Below are positions 49,843 to 60,407 of a stretch of DNA of 64,000 nucleotides, one piece after another. A program made the translations under genes and the position numbers. The notes under the pieces were generated by a model. The model worked only from the letters and a program-made list of their open reading frames with translations, was not told the DNA's origin and did not search any database. Positions within the stretch are counted from its first letter, which is position 1; the number at the start of each line of letters is the position of its first letter. Origin of the DNA: an uncultured Bacilli bacterium (GTDB lineage Bacteria > Bacillota_I > Bacilli_A > RF39 > UBA660); NCBI GenBank assembly GCA_934086185.1, contig CAKOHW010000005.1, positions 23,576 to 87,575 of the forward strand, in the 5' to 3' direction.

Positions 49843-50295
49843 ATGAAAGATTATGAAATTTCTAAAGATACTTTAGCTATTATACCTATAGGTGAAAAAA
49901 AATCTAAAGTATATTCAAAATCTGGAAATATGGTAATTAATCAAAGTCCAAATAAAATAATGGATGAAAGTTGTAAATATTATGGTAGCTCTTTTGTTGG
50001 TAGACAAAAAGGGACAACTAATTTAACAGGAATTAGTTATAAAGCACCAATAATAATTAATGAAGACGGTAATATAATATTTTTTCCAACTAGTAGTCCA
50101 AGATTAAAAAATTGTTGTTGGATTTCATTAAATAATATTGATTCATATTATTATGATTTTGAAAAAAATACTTGTATTGTTATATTTGATAATCATGAAA
50201 AAATGGAATTTGATATATCTTATTGTGTATTAAATAATCAAATTTTAAAATCACATAGATTAGAATCAATAATTAATAAAAGAAAAGCTAAATAA
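49843..50295 (+). CDS. comK: ComK-family competence transcription factor homolog
   Basis: Aligns block by block with B. subtilis ComK: YEISKDTLAIIP, ESCKYYGSSFVGRQKGT, ISYKAPIIINEDGNIIFFPTSSPRLKNCCWIS. Strong AGGAGGTGA RBS. Confidence 0.7.
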   Translation: MKDYEISKDTLAIIPIGEKKSKVYSKSGNMVINQSPNKIMDESCKYYGSSFVGRQKGTTNLTGISYKAPIIINEDGNIIFFPTSSPRLKNCCWISLNNIDSYYYDFEKNTCIVIFDNHEKMEFDISYCVLNNQILKSHRLESIINKRKAK

Positions 50296-50326
50296 ATGTT
50301 AAAATTCGTTTTAAAACCAATTATTT

Positions 50327-50385
50327 TATGATATAATGTAAATAGGTATAGGAGTATGTAAATACCTATTTATTTATTATTTTTT
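50327..50385 (+). promoter_or_regulatory. TGATATAAT extended -10 followed by an AATAGGTAT / ATACCTATT hairpin plus T-run (comK terminator / recF leader)
   Basis: Seen directly in the sequence. Its function is ambiguous. Confidence 0.4.
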
Positions 50386-50402
50386 AAAAAAGAGGGTTTT
50401 AA

Positions 50403-51497
50403 ATGGAAATTACATCTTTGAAACTGATTAATTTTAGAAATTTTGTTAATTTAGAATTAAACTTTTCTAATAAAAAAAATATTATTATAGGAAATAATGG
50501 TGAAGGTAAAACAAATATTGTTGAAGCAATATTTGTTTTAGCCTTAACCAAATCGTTTAGATGCAATGACGATAATATTTTATTAAAAGAAAATGAAGAA
50601 TATTTTAAAGTAGAAGGTGAAGTTAAATCTTCTACGATAAATAATTATAAGATTATTTATCAAGATAATATAAAAGTAGCAAAAATAAATAATACTAAAA
50701 TTAATAAATTTAGTGATTATATTTCAAATATTAATGTTATTTTATTTAGTTTGAATGATTTAAAATTAATAAAAGATACTCCTAATACTAGAAGAAAATT
50801 AATAAACTTAGAAATTTCTGAACTTAATAATTCTTATATTAAAAATTTAAATTATTATAATAAGATATTAAAACAAAGAAATTCTTATATTAAATCTATA
50901 TACAATAATAATATTAATTATGATTATTTATCTATTATTGATGAACAATTAGTTAGTTATGGTATTGAAATAGTAAAATTAAGAAACAAATTTGTGAATG
51001 ATATTAATACTATTTTAAGTGATATTTATATTTCTTTAGGTGGAATAGAAGGTTTAAATATAAAATATAAGAATGATTATTCTGATAAAAGTGTAGAAGA
51101 AATATTAGAAGTATATAAAAATAATATAAATAGAGATATTAATTTAGGATCTACACAATTTGGTATTCATAGAGATGATTTTATATTTAATATTAATGAT
51201 CAAGAAATAAAATATTTTGCAAGTGAAGGGCAGCAAAAAAATTCTATTATTGCTTTTAAATTAGCTGAGTTAGAAATATTTAAAGATATGACTGGTGAAT
51301 ATCCAATATTAATTTTAGATGATTTATTCAGTGAGTTAGATATTAAGAAAATAGAAAAAATTCTTAAGTTTATTAATAAGGAAATTCAAACTTTTATAAC
51401 TACTACTGATTTGAAGAAAATTAGAAAGAGTTATTTAAGACAAAGTAAAATTTTTACAATTAAAGATTGCACGATAAAGGAGGAATTGTATGAATGA
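50403..51497 (+). CDS. recF: DNA replication and repair protein RecF
   Basis: Walker [13 protein letters not shown]-like signature. Confidence 0.85.
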   Translation: MEITSLKLINFRNFVNLELNFSNKKNIIIGNNGEGKTNIVEAIFVLALTKSFRCNDDNILLKENEEYFKVEGEVKSSTINNYKIIYQDNIKVAKINNTKINKFSDYISNINVILFSLNDLKLIKDTPNTRRKLINLEISELNNSYIKNLNYYNKILKQRNSYIKSIYNNNINYDYLSIIDEQLVSYGIEIVKLRNKFVNDINTILSDIYISLGGIEGLNIKYKNDYSDKSVEEILEVYKNNINRDINLGSTQFGIHRDDFIFNINDQEIKYFASEGQQKNSIIAFKLAELEIFKDMTGEYPILILDDLFSELDIKKIEKILKFINKEIQTFITTTDLKKIRKSYLRQSKIFTIKDCTIKEELYE

Positions 51498-53409
51498 ATA
51501 TAGTGATAGCGATATTCAAGTTTTAGAGGGATTAGAAGCAGTAAGAAAAAGACCTGGTATGTATATTGGTACTACTGATGTTAAAGGTTTACATCATTTA
51601 GTATGGGAAATTGTAGATAATTCCATTGATGAAGCTTTAGCTGGTTTTTGTAAAAATATTGAAATAGTAATTAATAAAGATAATTCTATTACTGTAAAAG
51701 ATGATGGTAGAGGTATACCTGTTGGTATTCATAAAAAAACTGGTATTTCTACTGTAGAAACTGTTTACACCGTTTTACATGCAGGTGGAAAATTTGGTGG
51801 TGGCGGATATAAAGTATCCGGTGGTTTACATGGAGTAGGCGCTAGTGTAGTTAATGCTTTATCAAGTTGGGTAACTGTTAGGGTATATAAAGATGGTAAA
51901 GTACATGAAGCAAAATTTGCTAATGGTGGAAAGACAGTTATGCCATTAACTATAATAAGTGACTGTGATATTAATAGAACTGGAACAACTGTTACTTTTA
52001 AGCCTGATGCAGATATTTTTGATACTGAAATATATGATTATGAGACATTAAAAGTTAGGGTTAGAGAATTGGCATTTCTAAATAAGGGTTTAAGATTAAC
52101 TTTAAGAGATGATAGAGATGAAGAAGATACTACTGGTGACACATTTCTTTATGAAGGTGGTATTAGTGAATATGTAAGATTTTTAAATCAAAATAAAACT
52201 CCTATACATAATGACATTATTCACTTAGAAGGTGAAGAAGACGGTATTATGTTTGAAGTAGCTTTACAATATAATTCTGGCTATAATGATAATATTTATT
52301 CATTTGTTAACAATATAAATACTCATGATGGTGGTACTCATGAAGAAGGTGTTAGAAGAGCTTTAACTAGAATTATTAATAGTTATGCACGTAAAACTAA
52401 TATGTTAAAAGAAAAAGATGATTCTTTAACAGGAGAAGATGTTAAAGAAGGTTTAACTATGATTGTTTCTTGTAAACATCCAAATCCTCAATTTGAAGGT
52501 CAAACAAAAGGTAGATTGGGTAATTCTGAAGTAAGAAAATTAGCTGATAGTGTGTTTTCTAAAGGATTTGAAAGATTTTTAATGGAAAATCCAGAAGAAG
52601 CTAAAATTATTATTGAAAAAGCTATGTTGGCTAGTAGAGCTCGTAATGCAGCTAAAAAAGCAAGAGAAATAACTCGAAAAAGTGATTTGGCAGTAAATAG
52701 TAATTTTTTTGGAAAATTATCTGATTGTAAAAGTAAAGATGCAAAAGTATCTGAAATATTTATAGTCGAAGGGGATAGTGCCGGTGGTTCTGCTAAAAAG
52801 GGTAGAGATTCTATGACACAAGCTATATTACCTTTACGTGGAAAAATTTTAAATGTTGAAAAGACAAGATTAGATAGAGCTTTAGGAAATGAAGAAATTA
52901 GAACTATTATTACTGCTTTTGGTACAGGAATAGGTCAAGAATTTGATTTATCTAAATTAAGATATAATAAAATAATTATAATGACAGATGCCGATGTTGA
53001 TGGTTCACATATTAGAGTATTACTTTTAACGTTGTTTTATAGGTTTTTTAAGCCGATTGTGCAAGCTGGGCATGTATATGCCGCTCAACCTCCATTATTT
53101 AGAATAATGCATGGAAAAACACGTAAATATGTATTAAATGAGGAAGAGAAAGAAAAGTATTTAGCAACATTACCTGAAAATGTTCGTGCTAGGGCTGAAA
53201 TTGCTCGTATGAAAGGTTTAGGAGAAATGGATGCTGATGAATTAAATGAAACAACAATGGATATTGAAAAGAGAACTTTAAGAAAGATTACAGTTGATGA
53301 TTGTATGGCAGCAGATCAAGTTTTTGCTAAACTTATGGGTGATGAAGTTGAACCAAGAAGAAAATTTATTGAAGAAAATGCTGGTTATGTACAAAATCTA
53401 GATATTTAG
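51490..53409 (+). CDS. gyrB: DNA gyrase subunit B
   Basis: GHKL ATPase, [23 protein letters not shown]. Confidence 0.95.
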   Translation: MNEYSDSDIQVLEGLEAVRKRPGMYIGTTDVKGLHHLVWEIVDNSIDEALAGFCKNIEIVINKDNSITVKDDGRGIPVGIHKKTGISTVETVYTVLHAGGKFGGGGYKVSGGLHGVGASVVNALSSWVTVRVYKDGKVHEAKFANGGKTVMPLTIISDCDINRTGTTVTFKPDADIFDTEIYDYETLKVRVRELAFLNKGLRLTLRDDRDEEDTTGDTFLYEGGISEYVRFLNQNKTPIHNDIIHLEGEEDGIMFEVALQYNSGYNDNIYSFVNNINTHDGGTHEEGVRRALTRIINSYARKTNMLKEKDDSLTGEDVKEGLTMIVSCKHPNPQFEGQTKGRLGNSEVRKLADSVFSKGFERFLMENPEEAKIIIEKAMLASRARNAAKKAREITRKSDLAVNSNFFGKLSDCKSKDAKVSEIFIVEGDSAGGSAKKGRDSMTQAILPLRGKILNVEKTRLDRALGNEEIRTIITAFGTGIGQEFDLSKLRYNKIIIMTDADVDGSHIRVLLLTLFYRFFKPIVQAGHVYAAQPPLFRIMHGKTRKYVLNEEEKEKYLATLPENVRARAEIARMKGLGEMDADELNETTMDIEKRTLRKITVDDCMAADQVFAKLMGDEVEPRRKFIEENAGYVQNLDI

Positions 53410-53420
53410 GAGGTTTATTT

Positions 53421-56006
53421 ATGAATGAAGAAAAAGATTTAGAAAATATTGTTTCTGAAAGTGAAGATGTTCAAGATGTACAGAAAGAAGATTCTATACC
53501 TGAAATAGAAGTAAAACCTAATTTTAGTGGATACTTTCATGAAAGAGATAGACTGGCTGAAAATAACATAGTAAATGAAATAGAAACTTCTTTTCTTGAA
53601 TATTCAATGAGTGTTATAGCAAGTCGTGCTTTACCAGATTTAAGAGATGGATTAAAGCCTGTTCATAGAAGAATACTTTGGTCTATGTATGAATCTGGTT
53701 ATACACCTGATAAACCTCATAGAAAGTCTGCTACAACTGTTGGTTATGTTATGGGACATTATCATCCACATGGAGATTCTTCAATATATGAAGCGATGGT
53801 AAGAATGGCACAAGATTTTAATCAACGTTATTTATTAGTTGATGGACATGGAAATTTTGGTAATATCGAAGGTGATGGAGCAGCAGCAATGCGTTATACA
53901 GAATCTAGATTATCAAAATTATCATTAGAATTATTAAGAGATATTAATAAAGATACAGTAGATTTTGATCCTAACTTTGATGAAACACAAAAAGAACCTA
54001 AAGTATTACCTAGTAGATATCCTAATATTTTAGTAAATGGAACAATGGGTATTGCCGTTGGTATGGCTACTAATATTCCTCCCCATAATTTAGGTGAAGT
54101 TATTGATGGTTGTATAGCATATGTAGATAATCCAGAAATTGATACTTTAGGTTTAATGAATTATATTAAAGGTCCTGATTTTCCTACTGGTGGAATAATT
54201 TTAGGAAATTCTGGCATAAAACAAGCTTATGAGACTGGTAGAGGAAGTATAACAATAAGAAGTAGAGCGACTATAGAAGAAGTTAAAGGACATACTTGTA
54301 TTATAATTACTGAAGTTCCATATGGTGTAAATACTATGGAATTAAAAAATAAAGTTGCTGAATTAGTGCATAATAAGGTAATAGATGGTATTTCTGATTA
54401 TCATACTGATTTAAAGGAAGGCGTAAAGATTACTATTACTTTAAAGAAAGATGCTAATGCTCAAGTTGTTTTAAATAATTTATATAAACATACTCAATTT
54501 CAAACAAATTATGGAATTATATTCTTAATGTTAGATGGGCTTACTCCTAAAACACTTGGATTAAAATCAATTATTTCTAAGTATATTGATCATCAAAAAG
54601 AAGTTATAATAAGACGTACTAAATTTGATTTAAATAAGAGTGAAAATAGAGTACATATTTTAAACGGTTATAAAATTGCTTTAGATAACATTGATGAAGT
54701 TATTAAAATAATAAAGGGTGCACAAACAGATCAAGTTGCTAGAGAATCATTAATGAAAAGATTTGGTTTTACTCAAATTCAAGCAGATAGTATATTAGAA
54801 TTGAAATTACGTCGTTTAACTGGCTTAGAACGTTCTAAGATTGAAGAAGAATTAGCTAATTTATTGAAACTAATTGATGAATTAAAGTCAATATTAGCCA
54901 GTGAACAAAAAGTTTTAGATATAATTAAAAAAGAACTTACTGAAATTAAGAATAAATTTGCAGATGATAGACGTACATCAATAGATATGACAGCAATTGA
55001 TTATATTGAAGATGAGTCTTTAATTCCTGAAGAAAATATAATAATTACTTTAACAAATAAAGGATATATCAAACGTTTGTCCGCTAATTCTTATAAATCA
55101 CAACATAGAGGCGGTATAGGTGTAAAGGGAATGTCAACTAATGAAGAGGATTTTGTTGAACATATGATAAACTTATCAACACATGATTATTTATTATTCT
55201 TTACAAATAAAGGTAAAGTATATAGATTGAAAGGTTATGAAATACCTGAATATAGTAGACATGCAAAGGGATTGCCTATTATTAATTTATTACAAATTGA
55301 AAAAGATGAAAAAATTAGTTCATTAATAAAAATGTCTAAGGAAGATGAAATTAACAAATATTTAGTATTTGGAACTAAAAAAGGTTTTGTAAAGAAAACT
55401 TTAATATCTGAATTTGAAAATATACGTAATAGTGGTAAAATTTGTATTTCATTAAGAAATAATGATGAATTAATAGGAGTTAAGAAATCTTCTGGAGAAA
55501 ATTATATAATGATGGGGTCTTCTTTAGGTAGAATGGTTTTATTTAATGAAGATGAGATACGTGTTATGGGTCGTACTGCATCAGGAGTAAGAGGCATTAA
55601 TCTTGGTGAAGATAATGATGCAGTAGGTATTGAAGTAGTTACTTTAGATGATAATATTTTATTAGTTACTAAAAAAGGTTATGGTAAAAAAACTCTTGTT
55701 AGTGAGTATAGAACAACAAAACGTGGAAGTAAAGGTGTAAAAGCTTTAAATATTACTGAAAAGAATGGTTCTATTGCCGCATTTAAAATAGTATTAGACG
55801 ATCAAGATGTTATGATTATTACAGATTCTGGTATGATTATCAGATTACCTTTGGAACAAATTAGTCAATTAGGACGTGTTACTCAAGGTATTAAGTTAAT
55901 TAATTTAAAAAATAACCAAACTGTTTCCACAATTAGTTTAATTGATAAAGAAAATGAGGAAGATTTAGAAGAAGAAACTATTGATAATTCAGAAAATAAC
56001 GAATAA
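53421..56006 (+). CDS. gyrA: DNA gyrase subunit A
   Basis: AMVRMAQDF...RY active-site tyrosine region. C-terminal beta-pinwheel repeats. Confidence 0.95.
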   Translation: MNEEKDLENIVSESEDVQDVQKEDSIPEIEVKPNFSGYFHERDRLAENNIVNEIETSFLEYSMSVIASRALPDLRDGLKPVHRRILWSMYESGYTPDKPHRKSATTVGYVMGHYHPHGDSSIYEAMVRMAQDFNQRYLLVDGHGNFGNIEGDGAAAMRYTESRLSKLSLELLRDINKDTVDFDPNFDETQKEPKVLPSRYPNILVNGTMGIAVGMATNIPPHNLGEVIDGCIAYVDNPEIDTLGLMNYIKGPDFPTGGIILGNSGIKQAYETGRGSITIRSRATIEEVKGHTCIIITEVPYGVNTMELKNKVAELVHNKVIDGISDYHTDLKEGVKITITLKKDANAQVVLNNLYKHTQFQTNYGIIFLMLDGLTPKTLGLKSIISKYIDHQKEVIIRRTKFDLNKSENRVHILNGYKIALDNIDEVIKIIKGAQTDQVARESLMKRFGFTQIQADSILELKLRRLTGLERSKIEEELANLLKLIDELKSILASEQKVLDIIKKELTEIKNKFADDRRTSIDMTAIDYIEDESLIPEENIIITLTNKGYIKRLSANSYKSQHRGGIGVKGMSTNEEDFVEHMINLSTHDYLLFFTNKGKVYRLKGYEIPEYSRHAKGLPIINLLQIEKDEKISSLIKMSKEDEINKYLVFGTKKGFVKKTLISEFENIRNSGKICISLRNNDELIGVKKSSGENYIMMGSSLGRMVLFNEDEIRVMGRTASGVRGINLGEDNDAVGIEVVTLDDNILLVTKKGYGKKTLVSEYRTTKRGSKGVKALNITEKNGSIAAFKIVLDDQDVMIITDSGMIIRLPLEQISQLGRVTQGIKLINLKNNQTVSTISLIDKENEEDLEEETIDNSENNE

Positions 56007-56020
56007 ATAAACAATTAAAA

Positions 56021-56046
56021 AAGAGAAAAAATGTTTTCTCTTTTTT
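56021..56046 (+). terminator. gyrA intrinsic terminator
   Basis: GAGAAAA / TTTTCTC hairpin plus T6. Confidence 0.65.
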
Positions 56047-56048
56047 AA

Positions 56049-56064
56049 TGTTTCACGTGAAACA
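56049..56064. other. parS: parS centromere-like site 1 (TGTTTCACGTGAAACA), followed by a perfect DnaA box TGTGGATAA at 56075-56083
   Basis: Exact 16-bp palindrome matching the Firmicutes parS consensus tGTTtCACGTGAAACa. Confidence 0.7.
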
Positions 56065-56261
56065 TTAAAAATAATGTGGATAAATATTTATATAAAAATG
56101 TGTACAATTTATTTAAAATTAAATATCATTAACTATAAAAATATGTTAACAAAACAGTTTGTATTTTAATATTTACAATTAATTTGATAGAGGCAATTAT
56201 TATTTTAATAGTATACTTTATAATCTATTCTATTTATAATTAAATGTGTAAAAAAATACAA

Positions 56262-56277
56262 TGTTTCACGTGAAACA
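56262..56277. other. parS: parS centromere-like site 2 (TGTTTCACGTGAAACA), followed by the DnaA-box-like TGTGGAAAA
   Basis: Second exact copy, about 213 bp from the first. Confidence 0.7.
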
Positions 56278-56323
56278 TTGTGGAAAACTTGAAATCGTTA
56301 AATATTAATGTTAATATTATATC

Positions 56324-56403
56324 GTGCAATTGATATTTTTATAAACTGGTCAGGACGGGAACGTAGCAGCCATATTAAATAATATTAATGTGCACATTTT
56401 TTT
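56324..56403 (+). ncRNA. ffs: Small (4.5S-type) signal recognition particle RNA
   Basis: Conserved domain IV GGUCAGGACGGGAACGUAGCAGCC (GGAA tetraloop, ACG/CGU stem) matches the SRP RNA helix 8 consensus GGUCAGGUCCGGAAGGAAGCAGCC. Flanking AT-rich arms are partly complementary. Ends in a U-tract before tadA. Confidence 0.6.
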
Positions 56404-56415
56404 ATGGAGAAAATT

Positions 56416-56838
56416 ATGAATATAGAAAAATATAATAAAATTTTATTTAAATTAGCGCAAAAAGCTTATAATAAGAATGAGGTACCAGTTAGTGCACTTA
56501 TTGTGTATAAAAATAAAGTAATTGCTAAAGCTTATAACAAGAAAAATATTAAAAATAATCCTTTATTGCATGCTGAAATTATATGTATAAATATGGCAGC
56601 AAAAAAGTTGAAAAATTGGAATTTAAATGGGTGCACTTTATATGTAACTTTAGAACCTTGTGATATGTGTAAAATGATTATAAGTGAAGCAAGAATTGAT
56701 AATGTATATTATTTAATTGAAAAAGGCTCTATAAATAATAAATATTCTAAAACTATATACGAACAAATGTTTGATGATGTGAGTGTAAGTTATAAAGAGC
56801 TTTTTAATAACTTTTTCAATAAAATACGCAATAAATAG
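56416..56838 (+). CDS. tadA: tRNA-specific adenosine deaminase
   Basis: HAE...PCDMC zinc motifs. Start chosen at 56416 (GGAGA RBS) rather than the listed 56404. Confidence 0.8.
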   Translation: MNIEKYNKILFKLAQKAYNKNEVPVSALIVYKNKVIAKAYNKKNIKNNPLLHAEIICINMAAKKLKNWNLNGCTLYVTLEPCDMCKMIISEARIDNVYYLIEKGSINNKYSKTIYEQMFDDVSVSYKELFNNFFNKIRNK

Positions 56839-56876
56839 TAGTATTTATGTTATAATTTTTATAGGAGGTTTTAATT

Positions 56877-58571
56877 GTGGATTATAAAGTATTTTATAGA
56901 AAATATCGTCCAAAAAACTTTACAGAGTTAGTTGGACAAGAAAGTATAAAAGATGTTTTGATTAATTCTATAAAAACCAATAAAATTGCTCATGCTTATA
57001 TATTTACAGGGCCGAGAGGAACAGGTAAAACAAGTACAGCAAAAATATTTGCTAAAACATTAAATTGTTTACATAATGAAAATGGTATATCATGTGATGA
57101 ATGTGATATGTGTAAAACTTATAACGAGTCAGCAGACATTATTGAAATAGATGCTGCTAGTAACAATGGCGTAGAAGAAATACGTAATTTACGTGATAGT
57201 GTAAAGGTTGCTCCTTATAATTCTAAGTATAAAGTATATATAATTGATGAAGTTCATATGTTATCAAATAGTGCTTGGAATGCTTTTTTAAAAACTTTGG
57301 AAGAGCCTCCTAGTCATGTAATATTTATACTTGCAACAACTGAAATTAATAAAATACCTGATACTGTTATGTCGAGGTGTCAAAGATTTGACTTTACAAA
57401 AATTCCTTTTGAAGTAATGAAACAACATTTACATAAAATATGTCAATTAGAACATATTGAAATAGATAATGATGCTTTAGAAGAAATTGTTAATATGTCT
57501 AATGGTTGTTTAAGAGATGCTCTTAGTTATTTAGATAAAACATCAAAATTATCTTCTAAAATTTCTAGTGATATAGTTGAAAAGAGTTTTGGTTTTATTA
57601 ATAAAAACGTATTAGGCAATTTATTGACATCAATAGAAAATAATGATTATAGCGCAATAAATGAACAAATAAATGAAATTTCTAATTGCGGAATAACTCC
57701 ACTAAATTTTATAAATGAATTTGTAGAATATTTATTGAATATAATTATTGATAATCAATGTGAGTCTAATGAATATTTATTAGATATTAGAAATTTAATT
57801 TTTAAACTTAATGATATTGTTCAAAATTTTAATTCTATTGTAAATCCATTTACATTAATTAAAGTTGAATTATTATCTATAAATTATTTCCCGGGAAATA
57901 ATGATGTTAATATTTCCCACACTGAAACTTTACAAAAAAGTGTAAAAAACAATGATATTGATAAACAATATGCTAATAAAAAGGATTTTGTTAATGAGAT
58001 AAATGTTAAAATAGATGAAAAAAATGTAAATGAAGAGAATGATATAAAAATATTAGAAGAACATAATAACAATAATAACAACAATAACAACAATAACAAC
58101 AATAATATCATTATTAATGATGAAATAAAAAAAATAAGAATAAACAATAGTTTTTATAAGGCTTCTAAAGATTTGAAACAAAAATTCTTGTTTACTTTTC
58201 AAGAAGTTAAAGATAAAATGTCTATAGAAAACAATTTTAAATTCTTAGGTATGATAGAAAATGCTACTGTAGAAGTGGTTTCATCAAAAAATGTTATTTT
58301 TTCCTTTAATAATGCAAATGATGCTATTATATTTAATGAAAATGTAAATAGTATAGAAAAATATTATAATGAAAAAAATAATTCAGCATATAAATTTATT
58401 GCTATTTCATTAAACGAATGGTCTAATATAAAACAAGAATTTATAAAAAATAAAGGAAAAGTATATAGTTATATTGATGAAAATAATGTAAAATATATGT
58501 CAGATGAAAAAAATGAAACTTTTGAATTAGCCGAAAGTTTATTTGGAAATGATATATTAGAAGTAAATTAA
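56877..58571 (+). CDS. dnaX: DNA polymerase III subunit tau/gamma
   Basis: GTG start after AGGAGG. N-terminus YRKYRP. GPRGTGKTS Walker A. Zinc module CDECDMC. Contains an in-frame (AAT/AAC)13 poly-Asn tract at about 58065-58105 and an NBS-type palindrome at 57886-57899. Confidence 0.9.
   Translation: MDYKVFYRKYRPKNFTELVGQESIKDVLINSIKTNKIAHAYIFTGPRGTGKTSTAKIFAKTLNCLHNENGISCDECDMCKTYNESADIIEIDAASNNGVEEIRNLRDSVKVAPYNSKYKVYIIDEVHMLSNSAWNAFLKTLEEPPSHVIFILATTEINKIPDTVMSRCQRFDFTKIPFEVMKQHLHKICQLEHIEIDNDALEEIVNMSNGCLRDALSYLDKTSKLSSKISSDIVEKSFGFINKNVLGNLLTSIENNDYSAINEQINEISNCGITPLNFINEFVEYLLNIIIDNQCESNEYLLDIRNLIFKLNDIVQNFNSIVNPFTLIKVELLSINYFPGNNDVNISHTETLQKSVKNNDIDKQYANKKDFVNEINVKIDEKNVNEENDIKILEEHNNNNNNNNNNNNNNIIINDEIKKIRINNSFYKASKDLKQKFLFTFQEVKDKMSIENNFKFLGMIENATVEVVSSKNVIFSFNNANDAIIFNENVNSIEKYYNEKNNSAYKFIAISLNEWSNIKQEFIKNKGKVYSYIDENNVKYMSDEKNETFELAESLFGNDILEVN
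57886..57899. other. Second perfect ATTTCCCGGGAAAT (NBS-type) palindrome, inside the dnaX coding sequence
   Basis: A 21-nt stretch AATTATTTCCCGGGAAATAAT is identical to 44747-44767. Confidence 0.5.
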
Positions 58572-58583
58572 TTAGATAGGAGA

Positions 58584-58886
58584 ATGGATATGAATATTAA
58601 TAATATTATGCAACAAGCACAAAAGATGCAAAAAGATTTACAAAAAAAGCAAGAAGAAATTAATTCAATGATTTTTGTTGGAGAAAGTGAATGGGTTGAA
58701 GCTACACTATTTGGAAGCAAAAAAATAAAACAAATTAAAATAAAAAATAAAACCACAATGGATGAAGAAGATTTAGAATGTTTGGAAGATATGATTAAGA
58801 TAGCTATAGAAGACGCATATTCAAAAATTGATAAAGAAGTAGAGAAGAAAATGGGTATGTACGGTTCTTTAGGTGGTTTATTTTAA
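58584..58886 (+). CDS. ybaB: Nucleoid-associated protein YbaB/EbfC
   Basis: Conserved position between dnaX and recR. MQQAQKMQ...L motif. Confidence 0.8.
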   Translation: MDMNINNIMQQAQKMQKDLQKKQEEINSMIFVGESEWVEATLFGSKKIKQIKIKNKTTMDEEDLECLEDMIKIAIEDAYSKIDKEVEKKMGMYGSLGGLF

Positions 58887-59482
58887 TGTATCCTGATATT
58901 TTATCAAAGACTATTGAATATTTTAAAAAATTTAATGGCATAGGAGAAAAAACAGCTGAAAGATTATCGATGTCTGTTTTAGATATGACTAAAGAAGATG
59001 TCGTTAACTTTGCAAAAAGTATTAAAGAATTAAAAGATAATATTACTTATTGCAAAATATGTGGTCATATAACTGATAAAGATATTTGTAATATTTGTTC
59101 ATCTAATGTAAGGAATGATAATCTTATTTGTGTAGTAGAAGATTATAAAAGTGTTTTTATGTTTGAAAAGTCTGGCAATTATGATGGAAAATATCATGTA
59201 CTTAATGGTGTTATTTCTCCAATTGATGGAATTACGCCAGATGAATTAAATATAGCTTCTTTGATAGATCGTATCTCTAAATTGGAAGGCGATATTGAAG
59301 TTATAATTGCATTAAAACCTTCGATTGAAGGTGAGGCAACAACTTTATATTTAAAAAAGATATTAGAAAAATATAATGTTAAAATTACTAGGCTTTCTTA
59401 TGGTATACCTATGGGGGTAGAAATAGATTATTTAGATTCCATAACTTTAGACAGGGCATTGAAAGATAGAAAAGATATTTAG
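58886..59482 (+). CDS. recR: Recombination protein RecR
   Basis: C4 zinc finger CKICGH...CNIC. Toprim domain. Confidence 0.9.
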   Translation: MYPDILSKTIEYFKKFNGIGEKTAERLSMSVLDMTKEDVVNFAKSIKELKDNITYCKICGHITDKDICNICSSNVRNDNLICVVEDYKSVFMFEKSGNYDGKYHVLNGVISPIDGITPDELNIASLIDRISKLEGDIEVIIALKPSIEGEATTLYLKKILEKYNVKITRLSYGIPMGVEIDYLDSITLDRALKDRKDI

Positions 59483-59516
59483 ATGATTTAACGCATATTA
59501 TTTTATAGGTGATAAT

Positions 59517-59684
59517 ATGAAATTTTTAAAAAAATTCTTTGTTTCTTTGATATATTTATTTACAATGAATATATTCCTTTCTAAAATTGGTTATAATGTT
59601 CCTATAAATATTTTTAGTTTATTTATATCGTATTTTTTTGGTTTTCCAGGTATAATAATGTTATTATTTTTAAGTAGGTGGTAA
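59517..59684 (+). CDS. bofA: Short BofA-like sigma-K processing regulator (55 aa, not in the ORF track)
   Basis: Manual translation gives MKFLKKFFVSLIYLFTMNIFLSKIGYNVPINIFSLFISYFFGFPGIIMLLFLSRW. The NVPINIF...GFPGI segment matches the BofA motif HVPINLV...GIPGI. AGGTGA RBS. Its position after recR matches Bacillus. Confidence 0.55.
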   Translation: MKFLKKFFVSLIYLFTMNIFLSKIGYNVPINIFSLFISYFFGFPGIIMLLFLSRW

Positions 59685-59687
59685 TAT

Positions 59688-60407
59688 TTGTTTGATAATG
59701 ATGTTTTTAATGGTATTTTAAATGAATTTGAGTGCAAAAAAAATTCTCATTCGTATATATTTTATACTAATGATTTTTTATCGTGTACTAATGATTTAGA
59801 AAAATTAGTTAAAAAAATATTTAATGTTAATAATCTTAATTTGATAGAAAGTGATTATTATGTTGTAAAAAAAAGCGAAAAAAAGAATATTCTAAAAGAA
59901 GAGATAGAATCATTAAAAGTTTTTTTTCAAAATACCACATATATTAATAAATATAGAATTTATTTAATTGAAGAAGCTCATAAATTAAATTCTTCTTCTG
60001 CTAATATAATTTTAAAATTTTTAGAAGAACCAGCTGCAGGTGTTATTGCTTTTTTTGTTACAACTAATCTGGATGCTGTTTTACCTACAATAAAGAGTAG
60101 ATGTCAAATAGTCAATACTTTTTATGATTCTTCATTTGTTTGTGATGATGATACTACAATTTTGGATAAATTGTTTGATGATAATAAATATGTCAGTTTA
60201 TTTAGAGCAAAAAAAGTACTTGAAAAATATGATAGAAATGAATTAATAAATATGTTTAATAGTTATTTGTTAAAGTGTTATAATGATGTTAATGAGAAGA
60301 ATATTTTATTAATAAAAAAAATAAATAATGTTATAAGTATGTTAAATAGCAATGTTAATGTTGATTATGTAATGGATACTTTATTTTTAGAAAGTAGTGA
60401 TGAATAA
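59688..60407 (+). CDS. holB: DNA polymerase III delta-prime subunit, N-terminally reduced, TTG start
   Basis: Sensor/box motifs IYLIEEAHKLN...ANIILKFLEEP...LPTIKSRCQ. No Walker A. The only in-frame start is TTG. Confidence 0.65.
   Translation: MFDNDVFNGILNEFECKKNSHSYIFYTNDFLSCTNDLEKLVKKIFNVNNLNLIESDYYVVKKSEKKNILKEEIESLKVFFQNTTYINKYRIYLIEEAHKLNSSSANIILKFLEEPAAGVIAFFVTTNLDAVLPTIKSRCQIVNTFYDSSFVCDDDTTILDKLFDDNKYVSLFRAKKVLEKYDRNELINMFNSYLLKCYNDVNEKNILLIKKINNVISMLNSNVNVDYVMDTLFLESSDE

Noticed and set aside
56010-56400. Looked for the rRNA operon or tRNA genes that follow gyrA in Bacillus
   Set aside because: No rRNA or tRNA-like sequence was found. The gap holds only the parS sites, DnaA boxes and the SRP RNA.
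58065-58105. Possible programmed frameshift or phase-variable switch in dnaX
   Set aside because: The repeat unit is a trinucleotide and stays in frame. No A-rich slippery heptamer plus stop arrangement like the E. coli dnaX gamma site was seen.
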